Source of the DNA: Eledone cirrhosa
Lineage: Eukaryota
Direction: 5' to 3'
Assembly (NCBI GenBank): GCA_964016885.1
Contig: OZ024743.1
Coordinates: 298,220,001-298,284,000 of the forward strand
Length of the DNA: 64,000 nucleotides
Below the pieces are notes generated by a model. That model made no database searches, was not told where the DNA came from, and worked only from the letters and a program-made list of their open reading frames with translations. The first letter of the stretch is position 1; each line of letters opens with the position of its first letter. A program made the translations under genes and the position numbers. This document shows, in pieces, positions 27,701 through 42,700 of this stretch.

Positions 27701-30700
27701 TGGAAACCAATTGTAAACGCTAGATTCCCATGTCATATTTATCGATAATGTGTCGGAAAATAGTCATTTGCAAGCACCTTTCATGTTAGTTTGAGGTGGT
27801 AATCACACAAAAAAAAGCAGGTAGCAAATTTGTCACATTGATGTCCATACCATGGTGTGATGTAAATGGTAGGAGTAAGTGTGATGTAGTATGGTGTGGT
27901 TTGGTGAAGTTTCTACAAAGATAGTCATTTTCGACAGGTTTCCATGTCATAATTATTGATATGTGAAAAAAAAAGTAAATTGAGAGCACCTTTAATGTCA
28001 GATGGGGTAGTAAGCACACAGAAAAAAAAATGTTTCACACCAAGATCAATAGCTTGGTGCAATGTAGTATGGTGTAACTTGGTATGGTGTGGTTTATTTT
28101 GGTTTGGTGAAGTTATGAAATGGAAACCTATTGTAAACGATAGATTCCCATGTCATATTCATTGATAATGTGAGGTAAAATAGTCATTTGCAAGCATCTT
28201 TGATGTTAGTTTGAGGTGGTAACCACAAAAAAAAAAGCAGGTAGCAAATTTGTCACATTAATGTCCATATGATATGTAAATGGTAGGAGTAGGTGTTCTG
28301 TAATAAATTTACCATATAGTGAAGTATGGTTATGGTTATAGTGAAGTATATGGTGTGGATTGAGGTAGATTAATGTGCTGTGGTGTGCTTTGTTATAAGT
28401 GAGGATTTAAATTTCCACTTTGATTTATGTTAGAAAAAAAACTTTTCCTTCATTTTTGCACGTGTTATCAACTTCCAAGAAGCTCTCAGTGGACTATGCT
28501 TTTAGCATATTAACAAAAAATATGACTTCAGCTGCAATAACAAATGACTAGCTTAGTAAATGGTATTTCCACCCACATCCTCCCTCTTTTTTCTACAAAA
28601 CTAGTCATTTTCGACAGTTTTCCATGTCATAATTATTGATAATATGTGCGAAAAATAGTCAATTGCAACACCTTTGATGTCAAATTGGGTGGTAAGCACA
28701 AAAATAAAATCCCGGATGAAAATTTGTCACACCAAAATCAATATCTTGGTGTAATGCAGTATGGTGTGGTTTGGTGAAGTTTCTACGAAGATAGTCATTT
28801 TCAACACGTTTCCATGTCATAATTATTGATGAGTGTAAAAAAAATAGTCAATTGGGAGCACCTTTAATGTCAGATTGGGTGGTAAGCACACACACACACA
28901 AAAAAAAAGGAAACGGGAAGAAAATGTTTCACACCAAGATTAATAGCGTGGTGTGATGTAGTATGGTGTAACTTGGTATGGTGTGGTTTGGTTTGGTGAA
29001 GTTATGAAATGGAAACCAATTATAAACGATAGATTCCCATGTCATATTTATCGATAATGTGTCGGAAAATAGTCATTTGCAAGCACCTTTGATGTTAGTT
29101 TGAGGTGGTAATCACACAAAAAAAGCAGGTAGCAAATTTGTCACATTGATGTCCATACCATGGTGTGATGTAAATGGTAGGAGTAAGTGTGATGTAGTAT
29201 GGTGTGGTTTGGTGAAGTTTCTACAAAGATAGTCATTTTCGACAGGTTTCCATGTCATAATTATTGATATGTGAAAAAAAAAGTAAATTGAGAGCACCTT
29301 TAATGTCAGATGGGGTAGTAAGCACACAGAAAAAAAAATGTTTCACACCAAGATCAATAGCTTGGTGCGATGTAGTATGGTGTAACTTGGTATGGTGTGG
29401 TTTATTTTGGTTTGGTGAAGTTATGAAATGGAAACCTATTGTAAACGATAGATTCCCATGTCATATTCATTGATAATGTGTGGTAAAATAGTCATTTGCA
29501 AGCATCTTTGATGTTAGTTTGAGGTGGTAACCACAAAAAAAAAAGCAGGTAGCAAATTTGTCACATTAATGTCCATATGATATGTAAATGGTAGGAGTAG
29601 GTGTTCTGTAATAAATTTACCATATAGTGAAGTATGGTTATGGTTATGGTGAAGTATATGGTGTGGATTGAGGTAGATTAATGTGCTGTGGTGTGCTTTG
29701 TTATAAGTGAGGATTTAAATTTCCACTTTGATTTATGTTAGAAAAAAAACTTTTCCTTCATTTTTGCACGTGTTATCAACTTCCAAGAAGCTCGCAGTGG
29801 ACTATGCTTTTAGCATATTAACAAAAAATATGACTTCCGCTGCAATAAAAAATGACTAGCTTAGTAAATGGTATTTCCACCCACATCCTCCCTCTTTTTT
29901 CTACAAAGCTAGTCATTTTCGACAGTTTTCCATGTCATAATTATTGATAATATGTGCGAAAAATAGTCAGTACCTTTGATGTCAAATTGGGTGGTAAGCA
30001 CAAAAAAAAATCCCGATGAAAATTTGTCACACCAAAATCAATATCTTGGTGTAATGTAGTATGGTGTGGTTTGGTGAAGTTTCTACGAAGATAGTCATTT
30101 TCAACACGTTTCCATGTCATAATTATTGATGAGTGGAAAAAAAATAGTCAATTGGGAGCACCTTTAATGTCAGATTGGGTGGTAAGCACACACACACAAA
30201 AAAAAAAATGGAAACGGGAAGAAAATGTTTCACACCAAGATTAATAGCTTGGTGTGATGTAGTATGGTGTAACTTGGTATGGTGTGGTTTGTTTTGGTGA
30301 AGTTATGAAATGGAAACCAATTGTAAACGATAGATTCCCATGTCATATTTAACGATAATGTGTCGGAAAATAGTCATTTGCAAGCACCTTTGATGTTAGT
30401 TTGAGGTGGTAATCACAAAAAAAAAGCAGGTAGCAAATTTGTCACATTGATGTCCATACCATGGTGTGATGTAAATGGTAGGAGTAAGTGTGATGTAGTA
30501 TGGTGTGGTTTGGTGAAGTTTCTACAAAGATAGTCATTTTCGACAGGTTTCCATGTCATAATTATTGATATGTGAAAAAAAAAGTAAATTGAGAGCACCT
30601 TTAATGTCAGATGGGGTAGTAAGCACACAGAAAAAAAAATGTTTCACACCAAGATCAATAGCTTGGTGCGATGTAGTATGGTGTAACTTGGTATGGTGTG

Positions 30701-33700
30701 GTTTATTTTGGTTTGGTGAAGTTATGAAATGGAAACCTATTGTAAACGATAGATTCCCATGTCATATTCATTGATAATGTGAGCTAAAATAGTCATTTGC
30801 AAGCATCTTTGATGTTAGTTTGAGGTGGTAACCACAAAAAAATAAAGCAGGTAGCAAATTTGTCACATTAATGTCCATATGATATGTAAATGGGAGGAGT
30901 ATGTGTTCTGTAATAAATTTACCATATAGTGAAGTATGGTTATGGTTATGGTGAAGTATATGGTGTGGATTGAGGTAGATTAATGTGCTGTGGTGTGCTT
31001 TGTTATAAGTGAGGATTTAAATTTCCACTTTGATTTATGTTAGAAAAAAAACTTTTCCTTCATTTTTGCATGTGTTATCAACTTCCAAGAAGCTCGCAGT
31101 GGACTATGCTTTTAGCATATTAACAAAAAATATGACTTCCGCTGCAATAAAAAATGACTAGCTTTGTAAATGGTATTTCCACCCACATCCTCCCTCTTTT
31201 TTCTACAAAGCTAGTCATTTTCGACAGTTTTCCATGTCATAATTATTGATAATATGTGCGAAAAATAGTCAATTGCAACACCTTTGATGTCAAATTGGGT
31301 GGTAAGCACAAAAAAAAAATCCCGGATGAAAATTTGTCACACCAAAATCAATATCTTGGTGTGATGTAGTATGGTGTGGTTTGGTGAAGTTTCTACAAAG
31401 ATAGTCATTTTCGACAGGTTTCCATGTCATAATTATTGATGAGTGGAAAAAAAATAGTCAATTGGGAGCACCTTTAAAGTCAGATTGGTTGGTAAGCACA
31501 CACACAAAAAAAAAAAGGAAACATGAAGAAAATGTTTCACACCAAGATTAATAGCTTGGTGTGATGTAGTATGGTGTAACTTGGTATGGTGTGGTTTGGT
31601 TTGGTGAAGTTATGAAATGGAAACCAATTGTAAACGCTAGATTCCCATGTCATATTTATCGATAATGTGTCGGAAAATAGTCATTTGCAAGCACCTTTCA
31701 TGTTAGTTTGAGGTGGTAATCACACAAAAAAAAGCAGGTAGCAAATTTGTCACATTGATGTCCATACCATGGTGTGATGTAAATGGTAGGAGTAAGTGTG
31801 ATGTAGTATGGTGTGGTTTGGTGAAGTTTCTACAAAGATAGTCATTTTCGACAGGTTTCCATGTCATAATTATTGATATGTGAAAAAAAAAGTAAATTGA
31901 GAGCACCTTTAATGTCAGATGGGGTAGTAAGCACACAGAAAAAAAAATGTTTCACACCAAGATCAATAGCTTGGTGCGATGTAGTATGGTGTAACTTGGT
32001 ATGGTGTGGTTTATTTTGGTTTGGTGAAGTTATGAAATGGAAACCTATTGTAAACGATAGATTCCCATGTCATATTCATTGATAATGTGAGGTAAAATAG
32101 TCATTTGCAAGCATCTTTGATGTTAGTTTGAGGTGGTAACCACAAAAAAAAAAGCAGGTAGCAAATTTGTCACATTAATGTCCATATGATATGTAAATGG
32201 TAGGAGTAGGTGTTCTGTAATAAATTTACCATATAGTGAAGTATGGTTATGGTTATAGTGAAGTATATGGTGTGGATTGAGGTAGATTAATGTGCTGTGG
32301 TGTGCTTTGTTATAAGTGAGGATTTAAATTTCCACTTTGATTTATGTTAGAAAAAAAACTTTTCCTTCATTTTTGCACGTGTTATCAACTTCCAAGAAGC
32401 TCTCAGTGGACTATGCTTTTAGCATATTAACAAAAAATATGACTTCAGCTGCAATAACAAATGACTAGCTTAGTAAATGGTATTTCCACCCACATCCTCC
32501 CTCTTTTTTCTACAAAACTAGTCATTTTCGACAGTTTTCCATGTCATAATTATTGATAATATGTGCGAAAAATAGTCAATTGCAACACCTTTGATGTCAA
32601 ATTGGGTGGTAAGCACAAAAATAAAATCCCGGATGAAAATTTGTCACACCAAAATCAATATCTTGGTGTGATGTAGTATGGTGTGGTTTGGTGAAGTTTC
32701 TACGAAGATAGTCATTTTCGACAAGTTTCCATGTCGTAATTATTGATGAGTGGAAAAAAAATAGTCAATTGGGAGCACCTTTAATGTCAGATTGGGTGGT
32801 AAGCACACACACACAAAAAAAAAAGGAAACGGGAAGAAAATGTTTCACACCAAGATTAATAGCTTGGTGTGATGTAGTATGGTGTAACTTGGTATGGTGT
32901 GGTTTGGTTTGGTGAAGTTATGAAATGGAAACCAATTGTAAACGATAGATTCCCATGTCATATTTATCGATAATGTGTCGGAAAATAGTCATTTGCAAGC
33001 ACCTTTGATGTTAGTTTGAGGTGGTAATCACACAAAAAAAGCAGGTAGCAAATTTGACACATTGATGTCCATACCATGGTGTGATGTAAATGGTAGGAGT
33101 AAGTGTGATGTAGTATGGTGTGGTTTGGTGAAGTTTCTACAAAGATAGTCATTTTCGACAGGTTTCCATGTCATAATTATTGATATGTGAAAAAAAAAGT
33201 AAATTGAGAGCACCTTTAATGTCAGATGGGGTAGTAAGCACACAGAAAAAAAAATGTTTCACACCAAGATCAATAGCTTCGTGTGATGTAGTATGGTGTA
33301 ACTTGGTATGGTGTGGTTTATTTTGGTTTGGTGAAGTTATGAAATGGAAACCTATTGTAAACGATAGATTCCCATGTCATATTCATTGATAATGTGTGGT
33401 AAAATAGTCATTTGCAAGCATCTTTGATGTTAGTTTGAGGTGGTAACCACAAAAAAAAAAGCAGGTAGCAAATTTGTCACATTAATGTCCATATGATATG
33501 TAAATGGTAGGAGTAGGTGTTCTGTAATAAATTTACCATATAGTGAAGTATGGTTATGGTTATGGTGAAGTATATGGTGTGGATTGAGGTAGATTAATGT
33601 GCTGTGGTGTGCTTTGTTATAAGTGAGGATTTAAATTTCCACTTTGATTTATGTTAGAAAAAAAACTTTTCCTTCATTTTTGCACGTGTTATCAACTTCC

Positions 33701-36700
33701 AAGAAGCTCTCAGTGGACTATGCTTTTAGCATATTAACAAAAAATATGACTTCCGCTGCAATAACAAATGACTAGCTTAGTAAATGGTATTTCCACCCAC
33801 ATCCTCCCTCTTTTTTCTACAAAGCTAGTCATTTTCGACAGTTTTCCATGTCATAATTATTGATAATATGTGCGAAAAATAGTCAGTACCTTTGATGTCA
33901 AATTGGGTGGTAAGCACAAAAAAAAATCCCGATGAAAATTTGTCACACCAAAATCAATATCTTGGTGTAATGCAGTATGGTGTGGTTTGGTGAAGTTTCT
34001 ACGAAGATAGTCATTTTCAACACGTTTCCATGTCATAATTATTGATGAGTGTAAAAAAAATAGTCAATTGGGAGCACCTTTAATGTCAGATTGGGTGGTA
34101 AGCACACACACACAAAAAAAAAAAGGAAACGGGAAGAAAATGTTTCACACCAAGATTAATAGCGTGGTGTGATGTAGTATGGTGTAACTTGGTATGGTGT
34201 GGTTTGGTTTGGTGAAGTTATGAAATGGAAACCAATTATAAACGATAGATTCCCATGTCATATTTATCGATAATGTGTCGGAAAATAGTCATTTGCAAGC
34301 ACCTTTGATGTTAGTTTGAGGTGGTAATCACACAAAAAAAGCAGGTAGCAAATTTGTCACATTGATGTCCATACCATGGTGTGATGTAAATGGTAGGAGT
34401 AAGTGTGATGTAGTATGGTGTGGTTTGGTGAAGTTTCTACAAAGATAGTCATTTTCGACAGGTTTCCATGTCATAATTATTGATATGTGAAAAAAAAAGT
34501 AAATTGAGAGCACCTTTAATGTCAGATGGGGTAGTAAGCACACAGAAAAAAAAATGTTTCACACCAAGATCAATAGCTTGGTGCGATGTAGTATGGTGTA
34601 ACTTGGTATGGTGTGGTTTATTTTGGTTTGGTGAAGTTATGAAATGGAAACCTATTGTAAACGATAGATTCCCATGTCATATTCATTGATAATGTGTGGT
34701 AAAATAGTCATTTGCAAGCATCTTTGATGTTAGTTTGAGGTGGTAACCACAAAAAAAAAAGCAGGTAGCAAATTTGTCACATTAATGTCCATATGATATG
34801 TAAATGGTAGGAGTAGGTGTTCTGTAATAAATTTACCATATAGTGAAGTATGGTTATGGTTATGGTGAAGTATATGGTGTGGATTGAGGTAGATTAATGT
34901 GCTGTGGTGTGCTTTGTTATAAGTGAGGATTTAAATTTCCACTTTGATTTATGTTAGAAAAAAAACTTTTCCTTCATTTTTGCACGTGTTATCAACTTCC
35001 AAGAAGCTCGCAGTGGACTATGCTTTTAGCATATTAACAAAAAATATGACTTCCGCTGCAATAAAAAATGACTAGCTTAGTAAATGGTATTTCCACCCAC
35101 ATCCTCCCTCTTTTTTCTACAAAGCTAGTCATTTTCGACAGTTTTCCATGTCATAATTATTGATAATATGTGCGAAAAATAGTCAGTACCTTTGATGTCA
35201 AATTGGGTGGTAAGCACAAAAAAAAATCCCGATGAAAATTTGTCACACCAAAATCAATATCTTGGTGTAATGTAGTATGGTGTGGTTTGGTGAAGTTTCT
35301 ACGAAGATAGTCATTTTCAACACTTTTCCATGTCATAATTATTGATGAGTGGAAAAAAAATAGTCAATTGGGAGCACCTTTAATGTCAGATTGGGTGGTA
35401 AGCACACACACACAAAAAAAAAAATGGAAACGGGAAGAAAATGTTTCACACCAAGATTAATAGCTTGGTGTGATGTAGTATGGTGTAACTTGGTATGGTG
35501 TGGTTTGTTTTGGTGAAGTTATGAAATGGAAACCAATTGTAAACGATAGATTCCCATGTCATATTTAACGATAATGTGTCGGAAAATAGTCATTTGCAAG
35601 CACCTTTGATGTTAGTTTGAGGTGGTAATCACAAAAAAAAAGCAGGTAGCAAATTTGTCACATTGATGTCCATACCATGGTGTGATGTAAATGGTAGGAG
35701 TAAGTGTGATGTAGTATGGTGTGGTTTGGTGAAGTTTCTACAAAGATAGTCATTTTCGACAGGTTTCCATGTCATAATTATTGATATGTGAAAAAAAAAG
35801 TAAATTGAGAGCACCTTTAATGTCAGATGGGGTAGTAAGCACACAGAAAAAAAAATGTTTCACACCAAGATCAATAGCTTGGTGCGATGTAGTATGGTGT
35901 AACTTGGTATGGTGTGGTTTATTTTGGTTTGGTGAAGTTATGAAATGGAAACCTATTGTAAACGATAGATTCCCATGTCATATTCATTGATAATGTGAGC
36001 TAAAATAGTCATTTGCAAGCATCTTTGATGTTAGTTTGAGGTGGTAACCACAAAAAAATAAAGCAGGTAGCAAATTTGTCACATTAATGTCCATATGATA
36101 TGTAAATGGGAGGAGTATGTGTTCTGTAATAAATTTACCATATAGTGAAGTATGGTTATGGTTATGGTGAAGTATATGGTGTGGATTGAGGTAGATTAAT
36201 GTGCTGTGGTGTGCTTTGTTATAAGTGAGGATTTAAATTTCCACTTTGATTTATGTTAGAAAAAAAACTTTTCCTTCATTTTTGCATGTGTTATCAACTT
36301 CCAAGAAGCTCGCAGTGGACTATGCTTTTAGCATATTAACAAAAAATATGACTTCCGCTGCAATAAAAAATGACTAGCTTTGTAAATGGTATTTCCACCC
36401 ACATCCTCCCTCTTTTTTCTACAAAGCTAGTCATTTTCGACAGTTTTCCATGTCATAATTATTGATAATATGTGCGAAAAATAGTCAATTGCAACACCTT
36501 TGATGTCAAATTGGGTGGTAAGCACAAAAAAAAAATCCCGGATGAAAATTTGTCACACCAAAATCAATATCTTGGTGTGATGTAGTATGGTGTGGTTTGG
36601 TGAAGTTTCTACAAAGATAGTCATTTTCGACAGGTTTCCATGTCATAATTATTGATATGTGAAAAAAAAAGTAAATTGAGAGCACCTTTAATGTCAGATG

Positions 36701-39700
36701 GGGTAGTAAGCACACAGAAAAAAAAATGTTTCACACCAAGATCAATAGCTTGGTGCGATGTAGTATGGTGTAACTTGGTATGGTGTGGTTTATTTTGGTT
36801 TGGTGAAGTTATGAAATGGAAACCTATTGTAAACGATAGATTCCCATGTCATATTCATTGATAATGTGAGGTAAAATAGTCATTTGGAAGCATCTTTGAT
36901 GTTAGTTTGAGGTGGTAACCACAAAAAAAAAAGCAGGTAGCAAATTTGTCACATTAATGTCCATATGATATGTAAATGGGAGGAGTATGTGTTCTGTAAT
37001 AAATTTACCATATAGTGAAGTATGGTTATGGTTATGGTGAAGTATATGGTGTGGATTGAGGTAGATTAATGTGCTGTGGTGTGCTTTGTTATAAGTGAGG
37101 ATTTAAATTTCCACTTTGATTTATGTTAGAAAAAAAACTTTTCCTTCATTTTTGCACGTGTTATCAACTTCCAAGAAGCTCGCAGTGGACTATGCTTTTA
37201 GCATGTTAACAAAAAATATGACTTCCGCTGCAATAAAAAATAACTAGCTTTGTAAATGGTATTTCCACCCACATCCTCCCTCTTTTTTCTACAAAGCTAG
37301 TCATTTTCGACAGTTTTCCATGTCATAATTATTGATAATATGTGCGAAAAATAGTCAGTACCTTTGATGTCAAATTGGGTGGTAAGCACAAAAAAAAAAT
37401 CCCGGATGAAAATTTGTCACACCAAAAAATAGTCAATACCTTTGATGTCAAATTGGGTGGTAAGCACAAAAAAAAAATCCCGATGAAAATTTGTCACACC
37501 AAAATCAATATCTTGGTGTAATGTAGTATGGTGTGGTTTGGTGAAGTTTCTACGAAGATAGTCATTTTCAACACGTTTCCATGTCATAATTATTGATGAG
37601 TGGAAAAAAAATAGTCAATTGGGAGCACCTTTAATGTCAGATTGGGTGGTAAGCACACACACACAAAAAAAAAAATGGAAACGGGAAGAAAATGTTTCAC
37701 ACCAAGATTAATAGCTTGGTGTGATGTAGTATGGTGTAACTTGGTATGGTGTGGTTTGTTTTGGTGAAGTTATGAAATGGAAACCAATTGTAAACGATAG
37801 ATTCCCATGTCATATTTAACGATAATGTGTCGGAAAATAGTCATTTGCAAGCACCTTTGATGTTAGTTTGAGGTGGTAATCACAAAAAAAAAGCAGGTAG
37901 CAAATTTGTCACATTGATGTCCATACCATGGTGTGATGTAAATGGTAGGAGTAAGTGTGATGTAGTATGGTGTGGTTTTGTGAAGTTTCTACAAAGATAG
38001 TCATTTTCGACAGGTTTCCATGTCATAATTATTGATATGTGAAAAAAAAAGTAAATTGAGAGCACCTTTAATGTCAGATGGGGTAGTAAGCACACAGAAA
38101 AAAAAATGTTTCACACCAAGATCAATAGCTTGGTGCGATGTAGTATGGTGTAACTTGGTATGGTGTGGTTTATTTTGGTTTGGTGAAGTTATGAAATGGA
38201 AACCTATTGTAAACGATAGATTCCCATGTCATATTCATTGATAATGTGAGCTAAAATAGTCATTTGCAAGCATCTTTGATGTTAGTTTGAGGTGGTAACC
38301 ACAAAAAAATAAAGCAGGTAGCAAATTTGTCACATTAATGTCCATATGATATGTAAATGGGAGGAGTATGTGTTCTGTAATAAATTTACCATATAGTGAA
38401 GTATGGTTATGGTTATGGTGAAGTATATGGTGTGGATTGAGGTAGATTAATGTGCTGTGGTGTGCTTTGTTATAAGTGAGGATTTAAATTTCCACTTTGA
38501 TTTATGTTAGAAAAAAAACTTTTCCTTCATTTTTGCATGTGTTATCAACTTCCAAGAAGCTCGCAGTGGACTATGCTTTTAGCATATTAACAAAAAATAT
38601 GACTTCCGCTGCAATAAAAAATGACTAGCTTTGTAAATGGTATTTCCACCCACATCCTCCCTCTTTTTTCTACAAAGCTAGTCATTTTCGACAGTTTTCC
38701 ATGTCATAATTATTGATAATATGTGCGAAAAATAGTCAATTGCAACACCTTTGATGTCAAATTGGGTGGTAAGCACAAAAAAAAAATCCCGGATGAAAAT
38801 TTGTCACACCAAAATCAATATCTTGGTGTGATGTAGTATGGTGTGGTTTGGTGAAGTTTCTACGAAGATAGTCATTTTCGACAGGTTTCCATGTCATAAT
38901 TATTGATGAGTGTAAAAAAAATAGTCAATTGGGAGCACCTTTAATGTCAGATTGGGTGGTAAGCACACACACACAAAAAAAAAAGGAAACGGGAAGAAAA
39001 TGTTTCACACCAAGATTAATAGCTTGGTGTGATGTAGTATGGTGTAACTTGGTATGGTGTGGTTTGGTTTGGTGAAGTTATGAAATGGAAACCAATTGTA
39101 AACGATAGATTCCCATGTCATATTTATCGATAATGTGTCGGAAAATAGTCATTTGCAAGCACCTTTGATGTTAGTTTGAGGTGGTAATCACAAAAAAAAA
39201 GCAGGTAGCAAATTTGTCACATTGATGTCCATACCATGGTGTGATGTAAATGGTAGGAGTAAGTGTGATGTAGTATGGTGTGGTTTGGTGAAGTTTCTAC
39301 AAAGATAGTCATTTTCGACAGGTTTCCATGTCATAATTATTGATATGTGAAAAAAAAAGTAAATTGAGAGCACCTTTAATGTCAGATGGGGTAGTAAGCA
39401 CACAGAAAAAAAAATGTTTCACACCAAGATCAATAGCTTGGTGCGATGTAGTATGGTGTAACTTGGTATGGTGTGGTTTATTTTGGTTTGGTGAAGTTAT
39501 GAAATGGAAACCTATTGTAAACGATAGATTCCCATGTCATATTCATTGATAATGTGAGGTAAAATAGTCATTTGCAAGCATCTTTGATGTTAGTTTGAGG
39601 TGGTAACCACAAAAAAAAAAGCAGGTAGCAAATTTGTCACATTAATGTCCATATGATATGTAAATGGGAGGAGTATGTGTTCTGTAATAAATTTACCATA

Positions 39701-42700
39701 TAGTGAAGTATGGTTATGGTTATGGTGAAGTATATGGTGTGGATTGAGGTAGATTAATGTGCTGTGGTGTGCTTTGTTATAAGTGAGGATTTAAATTTCC
39801 ACTTTGATTTATGTTAGAAAAAAAACTTTTCCTTCATTTTTGCACGTGTTATCAACTTCCAAGAAGCTCGCAGTGGACTATGCTTTTAGCATATTAACAA
39901 AAAATATGACTTCCGCTGCAATAAAAAATGACTAGCTTAGTAAATGGTATTTCCACCCACATCCTCCCTCTTTTTTCTACAAAGCTAGTCATTTTCGACA
40001 GTTTTCCATGTCATAATTATTGATAATATGTGCGAAAAATAGTCAGTACCTTTGATGTCAAATTGGGTGGTAAGCACAAAAAAAAATCCCGATGAAAATT
40101 TGTCACACCAAAATCAATATCTTGGTGTAATGTAGTATGGTGTGGTTTGGTGAAGTTTCTACGAAGATAGTCATTTTCAACACGTTTCCATGTCATAATT
40201 ATTGATGAGTGGAAAAAAAATAGTCAATTGGGAGCACCTTTAATGTCAGATTGGGTGGTAAGCACACACACACAAAAAAAAAAATGGAAACGGGAAGAAA
40301 ATGTTTCACACCAAGATTAATAGCTTGGTGTGATGTAGTATGGTGTAACTTGGTATGGTGTGGTTTGGTTTGGTGAAGTTGTGAAATAGAAACCAATTGT
40401 AAACGATAGATTCCCATGTCATATTTAACGATAATGTGTCGGAAAATAGTCATTTGCAAGCACCTTTGATGTTAGTTTGAGGTGGTAATCACAAAACAAA
40501 AGCAGGTAGCAAATTTGTCACATTGATGTCCATACCATGGTGTGATGTAAATGGTAGGAGTAAGTGTGATGTAGTATGGTGTGGTTTGGTGAAGTTTCTA
40601 CAAAGATAGTCATTTCGACAGGTTTCCATGTCATAATTATTGATATGTGAAAAAAAAAGTAAATTGAGAGCACCTTTAATGTCAGATGGGGTAGTAAGCA
40701 CACAGAAAAAAAAATGTTTCACACCAAGATCAATAGCTTGGTGCGATGTAGTATGGTGTAACTTGGTATGGTGTGGTTTATTTTGGTTTGGTGAAGTTAT
40801 GAAATGGAAACCTATTGTAAACGATAGATTCCCATGTCATATTCATTGATAATGTGAGGTAAAATAGTCATTTGGAAGCATCTTTGATGTTAGTTTGAGG
40901 TGGTAACCACAAAAAAAAAAGCAGGTAGCAAATTTGTCACATTAATGTCCATATGATATGTAAATGGGAGGAGTATGTGTTCTGTAATAAATTTACCATA
41001 TAGTGAAGTATGGTTATGGTTATGGTGAAGTATATGGTGTGGATTGAGGTAGATTAATGTGCTGTGGTGTGCTTTGTTATAAGTGAGGATTTAAATTTCC
41101 ACTTTGATTTATGTTAGAAAAAAAACTTTTCCTTCATTTTTGCACGTGTTATCAACTTCCAAGAAGCTCGCAGTGGACTATGCTTTTAGCATGTTAACAA
41201 AAAATATGACTTCCGCTGCAATAAAAAATAACTAGCTTTGTAAATGGTATTTCCACCCACATCCTCCCTCTTTTTTCTACAAAGCTAGTCATTTTCGACA
41301 GTTTTCCATGTCATAATTATTGATAATATGTGCGAAAAATAGTCAGTACCTTTGATGTCAAATTGGGTGGTAAGCACAAAAAAAAAATCCCGGATGAAAA
41401 TTTGTCACACCAAAAAATAGTCAATACCTTTGATGTCAAATTGGGTGGTAAGCACAAAAAAAAAATCCCGATGAAAATTTGTCACACCAAAATCAATATC
41501 TTGGTGTAATGTAGTATGGTGTGGTTTGGTGAAGTTTCTACGAAGATAGTCATTTTCAACACGTTTCCATGTCATAATTATTGATGAGTGGAAAAAAAAT
41601 AGTCAATTGGGAGCACCTTTAATGTCAGATTGGGTGGTAAGCACACACACACAAAAAAAAAAATGGAAACGGGAAGAAAATGTTTCACACCAAGATTAAT
41701 AGCTTGGTGTGATGTAGTATGGTGTAACTTGGTATGGTGTGGTTTGTTTTGGTGAAGTTATGAAATGGAAACCAATTGTAAACGATAGATTCCCATGTCA
41801 TATTTAACGATAATGTGTCGGAAAATAGTCATTTGCAAGCACCTTTGATGTTAGTTTGAGGTGGTAATCACAAAAAAAAAGCAGGTAGCAAATTTGTCAC
41901 ATTGATGTCCATACCATGGTGTGATGTAAATGGTAGGAGTAAGTGTGATGTAGTATGGTGTGGTTTTGTGAAGTTTCTACAAAGATAGTCATTTTCGACA
42001 GGTTTCCATGTCATAATTATTGATATGTGAAAAAAAAAGTAAATTGAGAGCACCTTTAATGTCAGATGGGGTAGTAAGCACACAGAAAAAAAAATGTTTC
42101 ACACCAAGATCAATAGCTTGGTGCGATGTAGTATGGTGTAACTTGGTATGGTGTGGTTTATTTTGGTTTGGTGAAGTTATGAAATGGAAACCTATTGTAA
42201 ACGATAGATTCCCATGTCATATTCATTGATAATGTGAGCTAAAATAGTCATTTGCAAGCATCTTTGATGTTAGTTTGAGGTGGTAACCACAAAAAAATAA
42301 AGCAGGTAGCAAATTTGTCACATTAATGTCCATATGATATGTAAATGGGAGGAGTATGTGTTCTGTAATAAATTTACCATATAGTGAAGTATGGTTATGG
42401 TTATGGTGAAGTATATGGTGTGGATTGAGGTAGATTAATGTGCTGTGGTGTGCTTTGTTATAAGTGAGGATTTAAATTTCCACTTTGATTTATGTTAGAA
42501 AAAAAACTTTTCCTTCATTTTTGCATGTGTTATCAACTTCCAAGAAGCTCGCAGTGGACTATGCTTTTAGCATATTAACAAAAAATATGACTTCCGCTGC
42601 AATAAAAAATGACTAGCTTTGTAAATGGTATTTCCACCCACATCCTCCCTCTTTTTTCTACAAAGCTAGTCATTTTCGACAGTTTTCCATGTCATAATTA

